Source: an uncultured bacterium
GTDB lineage: Bacteria; Acidobacteriota; Thermoanaerobaculia; Multivoradales; JAHZIX01
Direction of reading: 5' to 3'
NCBI GenBank assembly: GCA_965368975.1
Contig: CBDUPA010000004.1
Location: 128,001-192,000, forward strand
Length of the DNA: 64,000 bases
Shown: positions 45,326-55,879 of the stretch, piece by piece
How the letters are laid out: every line of letters begins with the position of its first letter
Numbering within the stretch: the first letter of the stretch is position 1
Made by a program: the position numbers and the translations under genes
The notes under the pieces: model-generated
Told to the model about the DNA's origin: nothing
Databases searched by the model: none
Seen by the model: only the letters and a program-made list of their open reading frames with translations

Positions 45326-46603
45326 ATGATGCGATTCCCTGTGCCTGCGGCCGCGTCTACTGGCCTTCTTCCCGCCCTTGTCCTCTTCGGCCTGTTCGCT
45401 GCCGGCTCCGGTGGGTGTGGCGGTGGTCCCGACGGTGCTCGCGGCGGGGCAGCCTCGGGACCGGAGACGTTGCGCGTCACGCGGGGTTCGCTGATCGAGA
45501 CGATCCTGCTCACTGGCGAGATCGAGGCCGCACGCGCTGAGCCGTTGATCGCCCCGGACGTCGGGATCTGGCCGCTGGAGGTGCGCTGGTTGGCCGAGCA
45601 CGGAAGCCGCGTGCGCGCGGGCGAACAGATCGCCGAGTTCGGCAACGGTAGCTTGACGACGCAGCTCGACAGCGTCCGAGCGCGCATTGAACGGCGCGAG
45701 CAGGAGTTGCGTGGCGAAGAGAGCCAGCGCGCCATCGACCTGGCCGAGGCCGTGTTCACGGTGGAGCAACGCCTGGCCGATCTGCGCAAGGCAGAGCTGG
45801 AAGCCGACGTCCCACCAGACCTGATCGCTGCCCGGGAACTGCAAGAGAAGGAACTGGCGCGCGAGCGAGCCCGGGTCGAGTTGGACAAGGCTCGTGCCCA
45901 TCTGCGCTCGAAACAAGAGGTCAACGCGGCCAATGATCGCGCCAGTGCGTTCGAGTCGCAGGATCAGGATTACGAGCTGCAGCGTATTCTGCGCAGCCTC
46001 GAACGCTTGGAGCTGAAGGCTCCGCGCGACGGCCTGGTCGAGGTAGCGCGCAGTCCGCGTGAGGAACGTCTGTTCCAGGCCGGCGACACGGTGCAGCCGG
46101 GCTGGACGGTGGCGCGAGTGCCGGATCTCGACTCGCTGCGCGTGCGCGCTCGCCTGTTCGATGTCGACGATGGTCGGCTGCATGCGGGCCTGCCGGCGAC
46201 GGTGACCTTGGACGCCTTCCCGCAGCTACGTTTCCGCGGCCGGGTGACGGATATCGACGCGATCGCTCGCCAGATCGGTCGCGAGTCACTGCGCCGTGTG
46301 TTCGAAGTGGTGGTCGAGCTGGACGAGCGCGACATCGAGCGCATGCGACCCGGAATGTCGGTCAAGGTTGAGATCGAGCGCGACCACGGTGAGGTGCTGC
46401 AGGTGCCACGCCGAGCGCTGCAGGTCGCGGGCGATGGGATCGCGAAGGTCACCCTCGGCGACGGGCGGCGCGTCGAGGTGCAGGTCGGTCCCTGTGCGGT
46501 GTTCACTTGTGCCGTCCTCGGCGGCGAGGCGACGGAAGGCACCGGCAGCGGCAGTCCTTTGACCACGGGCGTCGAACTGATGCCCGCACGGGGGGCGTCT
46601 TGA
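45326..46603 (+). CDS. HlyD/MacA-like periplasmic adaptor 1
   Basis: Hydrophobic N-terminus, GEIEA, GSRVRAGE, coiled coil, LKAPRDG, LDAFP, MRPGMSV. The ORF extension upstream of 45326 overlaps the previous gene and is probably spurious. Confidence 0.88.
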   Translation: MMRFPVPAAASTGLLPALVLFGLFAAGSGGCGGGPDGARGGAASGPETLRVTRGSLIETILLTGEIEAARAEPLIAPDVGIWPLEVRWLAEHGSRVRAGEQIAEFGNGSLTTQLDSVRARIERREQELRGEESQRAIDLAEAVFTVEQRLADLRKAELEADVPPDLIAARELQEKELARERARVELDKARAHLRSKQEVNAANDRASAFESQDQDYELQRILRSLERLELKAPRDGLVEVARSPREERLFQAGDTVQPGWTVARVPDLDSLRVRARLFDVDDGRLHAGLPATVTLDAFPQLRFRGRVTDIDAIARQIGRESLRRVFEVVVELDERDIERMRPGMSVKVEIERDHGEVLQVPRRALQVAGDGIAKVTLGDGRRVEVQVGPCAVFTCAVLGGEATEGTGSGSPLTTGVELMPARGAS

Positions 46604-47919
46604 GGCCGCGCGGTCGCCGCGCCGTTTTCTGGGGCGGTGCTCTGGTCGTGGTGCTTCTGCTGGCGCTCGGCTGGTCAGGCATCTCCGCCGGCGGTCCCTT
46701 CGGCGGTTGGTGGAGGGGTGTCGGCGAGGGGGGTGCTGGTGGTGACGGACAGTGGGTCGAGGTGCAGCGCCGCGACCTGGTGACCAAGGTGGAGATCAGC
46801 GGTGACCTGCAGGCGGTCGAGTCCAGCCAGCTGGGACCACCGCAGCTGGCCGAGCAGTGGAATTTCTCCATCGCCTTTCTGGCGCCCGAGGGCGACGACG
46901 TGGCGCGCGGGGAGCCGGTCGTCGGCTTCGACACCTCGGAGTTGCAGCAGGATCTGATCGCCGAGGTGAATGCTCGCGATTCTGCCGCTCAGGAGCTGGA
47001 AAAGCTGCGCCAAGAGTTCGAGTTACAGAAAGAGGAAGAAGCGTTGAGTCTGGCGGAGGCCGAAGCCAAGCTGCGCCGTCTGCAACTGCAGATCGAGGTA
47101 CCACAGGAGCTGGCCGTGGCGCGCGAGCTGGAAGCGCTACGCCTGCAGCACCAGCTGGCTCGAGACGAGGTGCAGTACCGGCGGGACCGGGTGCGCGACC
47201 GGGCGCTACAGTCGCAGGCGAACCTGGCTGCACAGGAGGCGACGTGGCGCCAAGCGAAGACGCGGGTCGAAGAGATCCAGGCGCAGATCGAGGCGATGAC
47301 GGTGCGGGCTCCGAGAGCCGGGACGGTCGTCTACATCGCCAACTGGCGCGGTGAGAAACCGAAGGTAAGTGACAATGTGTGGCGTTATCAGAAGGTGGTC
47401 GAGATCCCCGACCTGCGCCGCTTGCAGGCGCGCGGCATGGTGGATGAAGATCAGGCCGGACGGCTGGCGGTCGGCCAGACAGCGACGCTGTTTCTCGACG
47501 CTCGGCCGGATGAACCTTTGACGGCAGCCGTGCAACAGATTGATCGCAACGTGCGCCGCCGTGCCTGGCACACGCCGCTCAAGGCGGTACGCCTGACGCT
47601 GGCGTTGGAGCGCACCGATCCGGAGCGCATGCGGCCGGGGATGCGCTTGCGCGGGCAGGTCGAGGTGGCGCGCGTCGAGGAGGCGCTGGTGGTGCCGTTG
47701 GCAGCGGTCGAGGTCACCGGTTCGAGTCCCAGTCCACGCGTACGCCTGCGCAGTGGCTTCGGTTCGCGTTGGCAGGATCTCCAACTCGGCCCACGCGATG
47801 CGCGCTGGGTCGAAGTGGTCCAGGGCCTGGAACTCGGTGATCGTGTCTGGCTGCCGCGAGCAGGTACAGAGGCCAGCGAAGGCAGTGCCGGGCCACAGTT
47901 ACCGGGAGGCACGGGATGA
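46600..47919 (+). CDS. HlyD/MacA-like periplasmic adaptor 2
   Basis: TTGA overlap, TM anchor, PEGDDVARGE, VRAPRAG, LDARPD, MRPGM. Confidence 0.88.
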   Translation: MRPRGRRAVFWGGALVVVLLLALGWSGISAGGPFGGWWRGVGEGGAGGDGQWVEVQRRDLVTKVEISGDLQAVESSQLGPPQLAEQWNFSIAFLAPEGDDVARGEPVVGFDTSELQQDLIAEVNARDSAAQELEKLRQEFELQKEEEALSLAEAEAKLRRLQLQIEVPQELAVARELEALRLQHQLARDEVQYRRDRVRDRALQSQANLAAQEATWRQAKTRVEEIQAQIEAMTVRAPRAGTVVYIANWRGEKPKVSDNVWRYQKVVEIPDLRRLQARGMVDEDQAGRLAVGQTATLFLDARPDEPLTAAVQQIDRNVRRRAWHTPLKAVRLTLALERTDPERMRPGMRLRGQVEVARVEEALVVPLAAVEVTGSSPSPRVRLRSGFGSRWQDLQLGPRDARWVEVVQGLELGDRVWLPRAGTEASEGSAGPQLPGGTG

Positions 47920-49163
47920 AGTTGCCGTTGGTGCTGATGCTGGTGGCGATGCTCTGCGGTCTGCAGGCCTGCAGCGAGCCGGCTGTACAGCCGACCTACC
48001 GCGTCGAGTTACAGCCGTTCGTGCACCAGGTGAGTGCCGAGGGCAACCTGGTCGCGGTCCGTTCGACACCGATCGTCGTGCCGCCGCAGCTGCGTGATGG
48101 TCTGCGTCTGGCCTGGCGTGCCCCGGAAGGCAAGTTGGTGCAGGCCGGCGAAGTCGTGGCCCGCTTTGACGCCTACGACCTGGAGCAGCAGCTGCGGACC
48201 AGTCAGCTGACGGTCGACACGATGGGTGAGTCGTTGGCCGTGACGCGCAGTGAAAGTTCCACCGCGTTGCTGGCACTGGAGAAGGATTCTCAGCTGGCAG
48301 ATTTGCGGCTGGACATGTCCGAGCGTTTTCAGAAACAGGACGAGCAACTGTACTCGAGGGTCGAGATTCTGGAATCGGAGATCGACCAGGATCTGGCGCG
48401 CGAGGTCCGCGACCGAACCCAGGAGCAGTACCGTATCCGTGACGGCCTGACCGACGCCGAGCTGGAGCTTCTGCGCCTGGGACGGCAGGGTGCCGAGCAG
48501 CTGGTCGCACAGGCTCAGAGTCACCTGCAGTCGCTGGAAGTGCGAGCACCTCAGGCTGGCCTGCTGACCTGGCGGCGCGACTGGCGCGGTGAACTGCCCG
48601 AGGTGGGCGAGCGATTCTGGCCGGGCCGACCGCTGGCGGAGATTCCTGATCTGCAAGAGATGCAGGCCGAAGTCTACGTGCTCGAGGCTGACGCCGGTGG
48701 TCTGGCCGAAGCGCATACCGCGGACCTGGTGGTCGAATCGCGGCCGGACAAGGTGTTTTCCGCGCGTGTCGAGAAGGTCTCGGCGGTCGCACAGTCGCGC
48801 TTCCGCGGCTCGCCACTCCAGTACTTCAGTGTCACCCTGCGCTTGCAAGAGCTACCCGAAGGCGAGGCCGCGACGTTCTTCAAGCCGGGTCAGCGAGTCC
48901 TGGCGCGCTTGCACCTGGCCCGCGAAGAGCAGGCGCTGGTCGTGCCGCGCCAGGCGCTGGTGCGCGAGGAGGGAGAGATCCGCGTTTACGTGCGTGGTGA
49001 CGACGGTTTCGAGCCGCGGCGGGTGGAATTGGGGGTGCGTTCGTCCGGCCTGGTGACCGTCACCGCGGGTCTCGAAGTTGGCGACGAGATCGCGCTGGGG
49101 GTGCCGGTAGCTGGTGCTCGTGACGCGGTGGTACCGGCTGGGACACTGGAGGAGCAGGGTTGA
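47916..49163 (+). CDS. HlyD/MacA-like periplasmic adaptor 3 (lipoprotein)
   Basis: Lipobox LQAC, PEGKLVQAGE, VRAPQAG, KPGQ. Confidence 0.88.
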   Translation: MKLPLVLMLVAMLCGLQACSEPAVQPTYRVELQPFVHQVSAEGNLVAVRSTPIVVPPQLRDGLRLAWRAPEGKLVQAGEVVARFDAYDLEQQLRTSQLTVDTMGESLAVTRSESSTALLALEKDSQLADLRLDMSERFQKQDEQLYSRVEILESEIDQDLAREVRDRTQEQYRIRDGLTDAELELLRLGRQGAEQLVAQAQSHLQSLEVRAPQAGLLTWRRDWRGELPEVGERFWPGRPLAEIPDLQEMQAEVYVLEADAGGLAEAHTADLVVESRPDKVFSARVEKVSAVAQSRFRGSPLQYFSVTLRLQELPEGEAATFFKPGQRVLARLHLAREEQALVVPRQALVREEGEIRVYVRGDDGFEPRRVELGVRSSGLVTVTAGLEVGDEIALGVPVAGARDAVVPAGTLEEQG

Positions 49164-50452
49164 CGCTGCGCGAGGCATTGCTGGCGTCGCTCGAGAATCT
49201 AGCGGCGCACAAGCTGCGCTCGGTGCTGGCCATGCTCGGCGTGGTGTTCGGTGTCGGTGCGGTGATCGCCATGCTGGCGATCGGCGCCGGAGCCGAGAGC
49301 CAGGCGTTGGAAATGCTCGACCGACTCGGTCTGCGCAACGTGCTGGTACGTGCCAAGCCGCTGCAGGAAGACGAGCGTCAGGAGCTGCGCCGCAAATCGC
49401 AGGGGCTGTCGCTGCGCGACGTCGAGGCGATCCGCGACGCCGTACCGGGTGCCACGCTGGTGCTACCCAAGACGCGCATCGAGACCTACAAGATCTTGGC
49501 CCCCAGCGTCTCGACGAGCGGTGGTGCCGGCCCGGAGCTGGCGACGGTGGTCGATGTCGAAGCCGAGGTCTACGGGGTCGAGGCCGAGCATCCGAGCCTG
49601 ACCGGCTTGACGCTGCAGGAAGGCCGTTTTCTCGACCCGCTGGACGTGCGCCGGCACGCCCAGGTCGCGGTGATCGGTGCTGGCGTGCGCCGTCACCTCT
49701 TTGGCTTCGACCCGGCACTCGGCCGCAGGCTGAAGGTCAACGATGTGTGGTTGACGGTCGTTGGCGTCCTGGCTGGTGGTCAGGGCGGAGGGCAGGAGAC
49801 GGACTCGTTCCAGGGTGTCCAGTTGGCCGGCACCCGGGATGTCATCTACCTGCCGATCAGCACCAGCCTGCGCAAATTCGATCAGTCCCCGCTGGAAGCG
49901 CCACTGAGCGAGATCCTGGTGCGCTTGGATGAGGCGGACACCGTCTCCGGGCGGCAGGCAGCGGCGATGATCGACTCCCTGCTCGACCACTTGCATGCCG
50001 GAGTCGACGACTATGAGCTGGTGGTGCCGGAAGCGCTGCTCGAGCAGAGCCGGCGCACGCAACGTCTGTTCAACTTAGTGATGGGCTGTATCGCCGGCAT
50101 CTCGTTGCTGGTGGGTGGGATAGGCATCATGAACATCATGCTGGCGACGGTCCTGGAGCGCACACGCGAGATCGGTGTGCGTCGCGCGGTGGGCGCGCGC
50201 CGGCGCGACATCCTGTTCCAATTCGTGGTCGAGAGCTTCACCGTCAGCAGTCTGGGCGGTGTCGCTGGCATCTTGATGGGGATCGGCATCGCGCGCGCGA
50301 TCGCCGCCTCGGCTGGCTGGCCGACGGTGGTGACGCCGCTGTCCGTGGTGCTAGCGACCGGTGTCGCGGTGGCTGTTGGCCTGGCGTCCGGTCTGTACCC
50401 GGCGGTGCGTGCCGCTCGCCTCGACCCGATCACCTCACTCCGCTATGAGTGA
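49160..50452 (+). CDS. MacB-like ABC transporter permease
   Basis: KLRSVLAMLGVVFGVGAVI, ISLLVGGIGIMNIML, ERTREIGVRRAVGA, YPAVRAARLDPI. Confidence 0.95.
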   Translation: MTLREALLASLENLAAHKLRSVLAMLGVVFGVGAVIAMLAIGAGAESQALEMLDRLGLRNVLVRAKPLQEDERQELRRKSQGLSLRDVEAIRDAVPGATLVLPKTRIETYKILAPSVSTSGGAGPELATVVDVEAEVYGVEAEHPSLTGLTLQEGRFLDPLDVRRHAQVAVIGAGVRRHLFGFDPALGRRLKVNDVWLTVVGVLAGGQGGGQETDSFQGVQLAGTRDVIYLPISTSLRKFDQSPLEAPLSEILVRLDEADTVSGRQAAAMIDSLLDHLHAGVDDYELVVPEALLEQSRRTQRLFNLVMGCIAGISLLVGGIGIMNIMLATVLERTREIGVRRAVGARRRDILFQFVVESFTVSSLGGVAGILMGIGIARAIAASAGWPTVVTPLSVVLATGVAVAVGLASGLYPAVRAARLDPITSLRYE

Positions 50453-50476
50453 AGACCCACGAAAGCTGCTCTCCAG

Positions 50477-51232
50477 ATGACGGACCCCCATGATCGAGCT
50501 ACCCCGATAGTTGAGCTGTCTCCCATGATCGAGCTGCGGGGTGTGCACCGGACTTTCGAGGTCGGCGGCACGCGCGTGCAGGCGCTGGCCGGTGTCGACC
50601 TGCAGGTGCAGGCCGGGGAGTACCTGGCGATCATGGGCTCGTCCGGCAGCGGCAAGTCGACGATGATGAACATCCTCGGCTGCCTGGATACGCCGACCCA
50701 GGGACAGTACCGTCTGCGCGGCGCGGCGGTCGAGCAACTGGACGACGACGCCTTGGCGGCGGTCCGCAATCGCGAGATCGGCTTCGTCTTCCAGAGCTTC
50801 AACCTGCTGCCGCGCATCCCGGCGTGGAAGAACGTCGAGCTGCCGCTGCTCTACGCGCGCCTGGAGCCGGCCGAGCGACGTCGGCGCGCACGTGAGGCCC
50901 TCGACCGCGTCGGCTTGAGTCACCGCGTCGACCATCGTTCCAACGAGCTGTCCGGCGGCCAGGCACAGCGCGTGGCGATCGCACGGGCGTTGGTCAACGA
51001 GCCGTCGATCCTGCTTGCTGACGAACCGACCGGCAACCTGGACAGCACGACCTCGGACGAGATCATGACGCTGTTCGACGACCTCAGCCGTGCCGGAACG
51101 ACGGTGATCCTGGTGACGCACGAGGCCGACATTGCGGCGCATACGAGGCGCCAGATCCACCTGCGAGACGGCGCCATCGTGGCAGACGAACGCACGGCGG
51201 AGTCTGGCCCCTCCGTACTGGCGACTCAGTAG
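50477..51232 (+). CDS. MacB/LolD-type ABC ATP-binding protein
   Basis: [30 protein letters not shown]. Alternative start ATG 50525. Confidence 0.96.
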   Translation: MTDPHDRATPIVELSPMIELRGVHRTFEVGGTRVQALAGVDLQVQAGEYLAIMGSSGSGKSTMMNILGCLDTPTQGQYRLRGAAVEQLDDDALAAVRNREIGFVFQSFNLLPRIPAWKNVELPLLYARLEPAERRRRAREALDRVGLSHRVDHRSNELSGGQAQRVAIARALVNEPSILLADEPTGNLDSTTSDEIMTLFDDLSRAGTTVILVTHEADIAAHTRRQIHLRDGAIVADERTAESGPSVLATQ

Positions 51233-51519
51233 AAGTCGTCGTCCTCCTCCTCTTCCTCCTCCTCGAGGTCGTCGTCCTCGTCGTCGAGATCGTCGTCGTC
51301 TTCCTCTTCCTCGAGGTCGTCGTCTTCGCTGTCGAGATCGTCTAGGTCGTCGTCCTCATCCTCGTCGTCGTCCAGATCATCCAGATCGTCGAGTTCGTCG
51401 ACTGCCAGATCGTCCGGGTCGTCGAAGGTAGCGTTAAGGTAGCCGATGGCCGGGTCGACCTCGGGCTCGAGATCGTCATCGTCGTCAAAGTCTTCGTAGT
51501 CTTCGTCCATGCGCCGCAT
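51226..51519 (-). CDS. Highly acidic low-complexity small protein
   Basis: GGAGG SD 9 nt before ATG; 63 of 97 residues are D/E by my count. Confidence 0.65.
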   Translation of the reverse strand: MRRMDEDYEDFDDDDDLEPEVDPAIGYLNATFDDPDDLAVDELDDLDDLDDDEDEDDDLDDLDSEDDDLEEEEDDDDLDDEDDDLEEEEEEEDDDFY

Positions 51520-51582
51520 GACGTAGAACCTCCGTACGTTGATTCAGACTTGCTGCTTCGCAAAGCAGTCGGAGAACAAAGG

Positions 51583-53352
51583 TTAGCGCTTGGAACGCAG
51601 CCAGGAATGTAGCTGCTCCGCGGACCAGGTATTGATACAGTCTGCGGCACGCAGACCCGCACGCCGCGCCGTCAGCACACCGTAGACCAGGAAGTCGAAG
51701 TGCGCGTCGTGGTGGGCGTCCGTATCGATGGCGATCCTACAACCGTGCTCGAGGGCGCTGTGCAAGTGTGTGTCGCGCAGGTCGAGACGGTGCCAGTTGG
51801 CATTCACTTCGAGCGCCGTGTCGTGCTTGGCGGCTGCCTCGAACAAGGCTCCCATGTCGGGCGACAGACCCTCTCGCTTGTTGATGATGCGGCCGGTGGG
51901 ATGGCCAAGGATGTGGACCAACGGGTGGCGAATGGCGGCCAGTAGGCGCTCGGTTGCGGCCTCGGGGGACTGGCGCAGGGCGACGTGCGGTGATGCCACC
52001 ACCACGTCCAGCTCGGCCAGCAACTCGTCGTCGTAGTCGAGGTGGCCGTCGGCGTGGATGTCGACTTCCGAGCCCGCCAGCAGCGTGATGCCATCGATCT
52101 TCTCGTTCGCTTCGCGAATCGCCGCCATGTGTCGGCGCAGGCCGTCGGCGTCCAGGCCGTTGGCCACCGCCGAAGTCACCGAGTGGTCCGTGATCGCCAG
52201 CGTGTGGAAGCCACGCGCCTTGGCGTGCTCGGCCATGGCCTCGATGCTCAGCTTGCCGTCGCTGGCCGTCGTGTGGCTGTGCAGTTCGGCTTTCACGTCC
52301 TGCAGGCAGATCAACTCGCCGGCACGCTGACGGCCCGAGTCGGAGAACTCCCAACGGTCTTCGCGCAGCTCGGGCGGGAAGTAGGGAAGCCCCAGTGCCT
52401 CGTAGATCTTGTCTTCGTCGCCCGCGGCCAGCGGTTCCTGCCCGCGCTCCTGCGGCCGTTCTTCGGTGCCCTCGAAGAGGCCATACTCGTTGAGGTGCAG
52501 GTTCTTCTTGCCGGCGATCTCGCGTAGCCGCACATTGTGGTCCTTGGAGCCCGTGAAGTAGAGCAGCGCGGCGCCGTAGACCGCCTCGTCGACCAGTCGC
52601 AGATCGGCTTGCAGGGCGACCCCGTGGACGCTCAGCCGAACCGAGCACTTGGTCTCGCCGCGCGCCAGCACCTGGGTCACCGCCGGGTGACCGCAGAAGC
52701 GTTCGCGCACGACCTCGGGGTCATCGCAGGCGACCAGGAAGTCGAGGTCGCCGATGGTCTCGCGACCGCGTCGCAGGCTGCCGGCGAAGTCGGCCCGGTG
52801 CACCTGGTCGACCGAGCGCAGTTCTTCGAGCAGGTCGAGTGCGATCGGTCGCGCGATGCCGATCGGTGTGCGATCGCCTGCCTTCTCCTGGAAGGCGATG
52901 GCCTGACGAATGTTTTCCACGGTCTTGGCGCCCATGCGCGGCAGTTCGGCGAGCTCACCAGTATCCAGCCGCGTCTTCAGGTCCTCCACCGAGGTGATGC
53001 CGAGGCGCTCCCACATCAGTTTGACCGCCTTGGGCCCGAGGCCTGGGATCTCCAGCACCTGGAACAGTCCTTCGGGGACTTTCTCCAGTAGCTCCCGGTG
53101 TTCCTCGACGGTGCCGCCATCCAGATACTCGACGATCTTCTCCGCCAGCCCTTTGCCGATGCCATCGAGTTCGGCCAGTCGCTTGACCGGCTCGTCAGCT
53201 GCCGCCGCGACCGAGGTGATGTCCTCGGTCATGTTTTCCAGAGTGCGTGCGCCGCGCTGGTAGGCGTTGACCCGAAAGCGGTTGGCGCCCAACAATTCCA
53301 GGGCGTCGGCCATCTGATAGAAAATGTGGGCAATATCGGCGTTGACACTCAT
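51583..53352 (-). CDS. polX: DNA polymerase X with PHP domain
   Basis: HhH GIGKG/GLGPK, GSLRRGRETIGDLD, YFTGSKDHN, LNEYG; PHP motifs HSHT, TDHS, HPTGR, DTDAH. Confidence 0.95.
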   Translation of the reverse strand: MSVNADIAHIFYQMADALELLGANRFRVNAYQRGARTLENMTEDITSVAAAADEPVKRLAELDGIGKGLAEKIVEYLDGGTVEEHRELLEKVPEGLFQVLEIPGLGPKAVKLMWERLGITSVEDLKTRLDTGELAELPRMGAKTVENIRQAIAFQEKAGDRTPIGIARPIALDLLEELRSVDQVHRADFAGSLRRGRETIGDLDFLVACDDPEVVRERFCGHPAVTQVLARGETKCSVRLSVHGVALQADLRLVDEAVYGAALLYFTGSKDHNVRLREIAGKKNLHLNEYGLFEGTEERPQERGQEPLAAGDEDKIYEALGLPYFPPELREDRWEFSDSGRQRAGELICLQDVKAELHSHTTASDGKLSIEAMAEHAKARGFHTLAITDHSVTSAVANGLDADGLRRHMAAIREANEKIDGITLLAGSEVDIHADGHLDYDDELLAELDVVVASPHVALRQSPEAATERLLAAIRHPLVHILGHPTGRIINKREGLSPDMGALFEAAAKHDTALEVNANWHRLDLRDTHLHSALEHGCRIAIDTDAHHDAHFDFLVYGVLTARRAGLRAADCINTWSAEQLHSWLRSKR

Positions 53353-53374
53353 GCATATTCTCCTGCAACGGAAT

Positions 53375-54361
53375 TCACGAGGGCATCGAGTCGGAGGTGT
53401 CAAGTTGGCGCTGGGCTTCGCGCGCTTCCTCCTCGGTATCGATGTCTTTGGCAAAAGAAAGGGCATCGACCAGCGCCAGGCGACTCTGCCTGTCGGCGCT
53501 GCGCCGGTGATGGTACCGGACGTAGACCCGGTGGATATAGGTTTGCAGCTGTTTTTGGGTCATCTTGCCGCTTTGTAAGCCGTGCGCGATGCGCAAACCG
53601 TTGACGATCACGGTGTAGAGATAGGTGGGGCGGCGCCAGTGCAGCACGTGTTGCCAGTCCTGGCGCAGCAGGAAGCCGAGCAAGCTGCGGAAAATGACTG
53701 CCCGCCGATAGTGAATGGAGCGGTTGCGCGTGCGGTAGGCGGCCTCCAGCGCGTGGTACACGAGTTCGCGCCGCACCGCTGGTGGATCGATGATCAGCAG
53801 ATGCCCCGGCAACGTTTCGATTGCCGTCGTCTCGTGGTCGGGAATGATCCGGTAGCGCGGTTTCCACTGTGATTCGCCCAGGCGCTGCGCCACTTGTGCC
53901 GCCGATGGCGGAACGCGGATCAAGGCGAACCAGTAGTCGCACGGTGAGTGCCGCCGATAGTCGTCGAGCATACGCTCGAGGTCCTCGGCGTCTGGTAGTA
54001 CGTCGCAGGTCACCACTGCCACGTGCCGGCCGGGGCATTGCTTCACTACACCCTCCAGGGCATGGCGCAGATTGGTGCCGAAGTCGCTGTCAGTGTCGAT
54101 CACCGGCACCTCCGGCAACACCTCTTGGTAGCGCTCTGCCGGGCCGGCGATGAAGATCGGGTCGAAGGCACCACTGCCGCGCATGCGTTCGATCACGTGG
54201 GCGATCAGCGGCTGACCTCCGATGCGCAGGTCGAGGCCCTTGTAGCCGTGTAGCGGATGCTTGCCGGCGCCCTCGGTCGGTAGCTGCGTGCCCTGCCGGT
54301 CCCGTCCACCGAGTACGACCAGAGGGAGCGGTTGCAGGGGAGGCGGGGCGGCTTCTGTCAT
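53375..54361 (-). CDS. MobA-like nucleotidyltransferase-fold protein
   Basis: VVLGG...KGLDLRIGGQPLIAHVIE, VTCDVLP. Confidence 0.7.
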   Translation of the reverse strand: MTEAAPPPLQPLPLVVLGGRDRQGTQLPTEGAGKHPLHGYKGLDLRIGGQPLIAHVIERMRGSGAFDPIFIAGPAERYQEVLPEVPVIDTDSDFGTNLRHALEGVVKQCPGRHVAVVTCDVLPDAEDLERMLDDYRRHSPCDYWFALIRVPPSAAQVAQRLGESQWKPRYRIIPDHETTAIETLPGHLLIIDPPAVRRELVYHALEAAYRTRNRSIHYRRAVIFRSLLGFLLRQDWQHVLHWRRPTYLYTVIVNGLRIAHGLQSGKMTQKQLQTYIHRVYVRYHHRRSADRQSRLALVDALSFAKDIDTEEEAREAQRQLDTSDSMPS

Positions 54362-54476
54362 GCGTTCAATCATAGCGTGAAGGTCGTTGCGGGACACGTG
54401 GGTCAAGGCTCTCCAGGTCGTGTCCGCTTGGTCGCGGGCGGCGGTCGGGGTACAGTTGGCGGCGAGGAGACGACGA

Positions 54477-55040
54477 ATGCCGAGGATCACCAAAGTCTAC
54501 ACACGCAAGGGCGACGGCGGCGAAACCAGCCTGGCCGGTGGCCAGCGACTGGCCAAGGATGCACTGCGCGTCGAAGCGTACGGGACGGTCGACGAGCTGA
54601 GTTCGGTGCTCGGCGTGTGCCGGGCACACGGCCTGGCCGCCCGCCTGGACGTCATGCTGGCGCCGATCCAGAACGACCTCTTCCACCTCGGTTCCGACCT
54701 GTGCGTGTTGGAAGAGGACAAGGCCCAGATGCCGGTGCCGCAGATCGAACCACGCCACATCGATCAACTGGAAGCGTTCATCGACGAACTCTCCGATAGT
54801 CTGGAGCCGCTGGCCAACTTCATTCTTCCCGGTGGCTCCGTCGGCGCCGCGCACCTGCATGTCGCGCGCACCGTCTGCCGTCGCGCCGAGCGCTGCCTGG
54901 TGTCACTGGCGCGCGAAGAAGCCGTCGGCTCTCACACCGTGAGTTACCTGAATCGGCTGTCCGATCTGCTGTTCGTCATGGCTCGTTTCGAGAATCATCA
55001 GTGCGGTGTTGACGACGTGTTGTGGGACAGTAGAGCTTGA
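54477..55040 (+). CDS. ATP:cob(I)alamin adenosyltransferase (PduO type)
   Basis: [46 protein letters not shown]. Confidence 0.95.
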   Translation: MPRITKVYTRKGDGGETSLAGGQRLAKDALRVEAYGTVDELSSVLGVCRAHGLAARLDVMLAPIQNDLFHLGSDLCVLEEDKAQMPVPQIEPRHIDQLEAFIDELSDSLEPLANFILPGGSVGAAHLHVARTVCRRAERCLVSLAREEAVGSHTVSYLNRLSDLLFVMARFENHQCGVDDVLWDSRA

Positions 55041-55050
55041 CGGGGGGAGC

Positions 55051-55833
55051 ATGAGTCTGCCGGAGTCCCCTGCCGCGGCGCGTGGCAAGACGGTCATCGT
55101 CATGCCCGCCTACAACGCCGCCAACACGCTCGAACGTATCGTCGAGGCGGTCCCCGAGGGTTGCTACGACGAGATCGTCGTGGTGGACGACTGCAGCCGC
55201 GATGCCACCGTCGAGATCGCTCACCGTCTGGCCGCGGGGCCCCTGCCGATCACCGTCGTCGAGCACGAGCAGAACACCGGCTACGGTGGCAACCAGAAGA
55301 CCTGCTACAAGACCGCCCTCGACCTCGGCGCCGACTACGTCGTGATGCTGCATCCCGACTACCAGTACGACGCACGCGTCATCCCCGCTGCCATCGACAT
55401 CCTGCGCCACGAGGTCTGCGACGTCGTTCTCGGCAACCGCATCCGTACGCGCAAGGAAGCTCTGGCCGGTGGCATGCCCTGGATCAAGTACCTGTCCAAC
55501 CGAGGCCTCACCTTCCTCGAGAACATCCTCACCGGTCAAAATCTCGGCGAGTGGCACAGTGGCTTCCGCGCTTACCGTCGCGAGGTTCTGGAAACCGTCC
55601 CCTTCGAGCGCAATAGCGACAACTTCGTCTTCGACTCCCAATTCCTCATCCAGAGCGTCCACTATGGCTTCAAGGTCGGCGATATCCCGATCCCCGTGCG
55701 CTACTTCGACGAGGCCAGTAGCATCAACTTCGGCTCGGCGTCACGCTACGCGATCCACACCATGTGGACATTCGTGCCGTGGTACCTGCACCGGTTGGGT
55801 GTGTGGAAGAACCGGCTGTTCGAGGCGGTGTAG
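55051..55833 (+). CDS. GT2 glycosyltransferase (polyprenol-phosphate sugar synthase-like)
   Basis: [35 protein letters not shown]. Confidence 0.93.
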   Translation: MSLPESPAAARGKTVIVMPAYNAANTLERIVEAVPEGCYDEIVVVDDCSRDATVEIAHRLAAGPLPITVVEHEQNTGYGGNQKTCYKTALDLGADYVVMLHPDYQYDARVIPAAIDILRHEVCDVVLGNRIRTRKEALAGGMPWIKYLSNRGLTFLENILTGQNLGEWHSGFRAYRREVLETVPFERNSDNFVFDSQFLIQSVHYGFKVGDIPIPVRYFDEASSINFGSASRYAIHTMWTFVPWYLHRLGVWKNRLFEAV

Positions 55834-55879
55834 TCGTTGTCGAGGCGGTGGAGTGAGCCGGGTGCAAGCGAGCTTTGCC

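Noticed and set aside
50487-50535. Direct repeat CCCATGATCGAGCT (50487 and 50522) around the ATPase start
   Set aside because: Real, but most simply a small local duplication of the start region; no evidence of function or of an inserted element.
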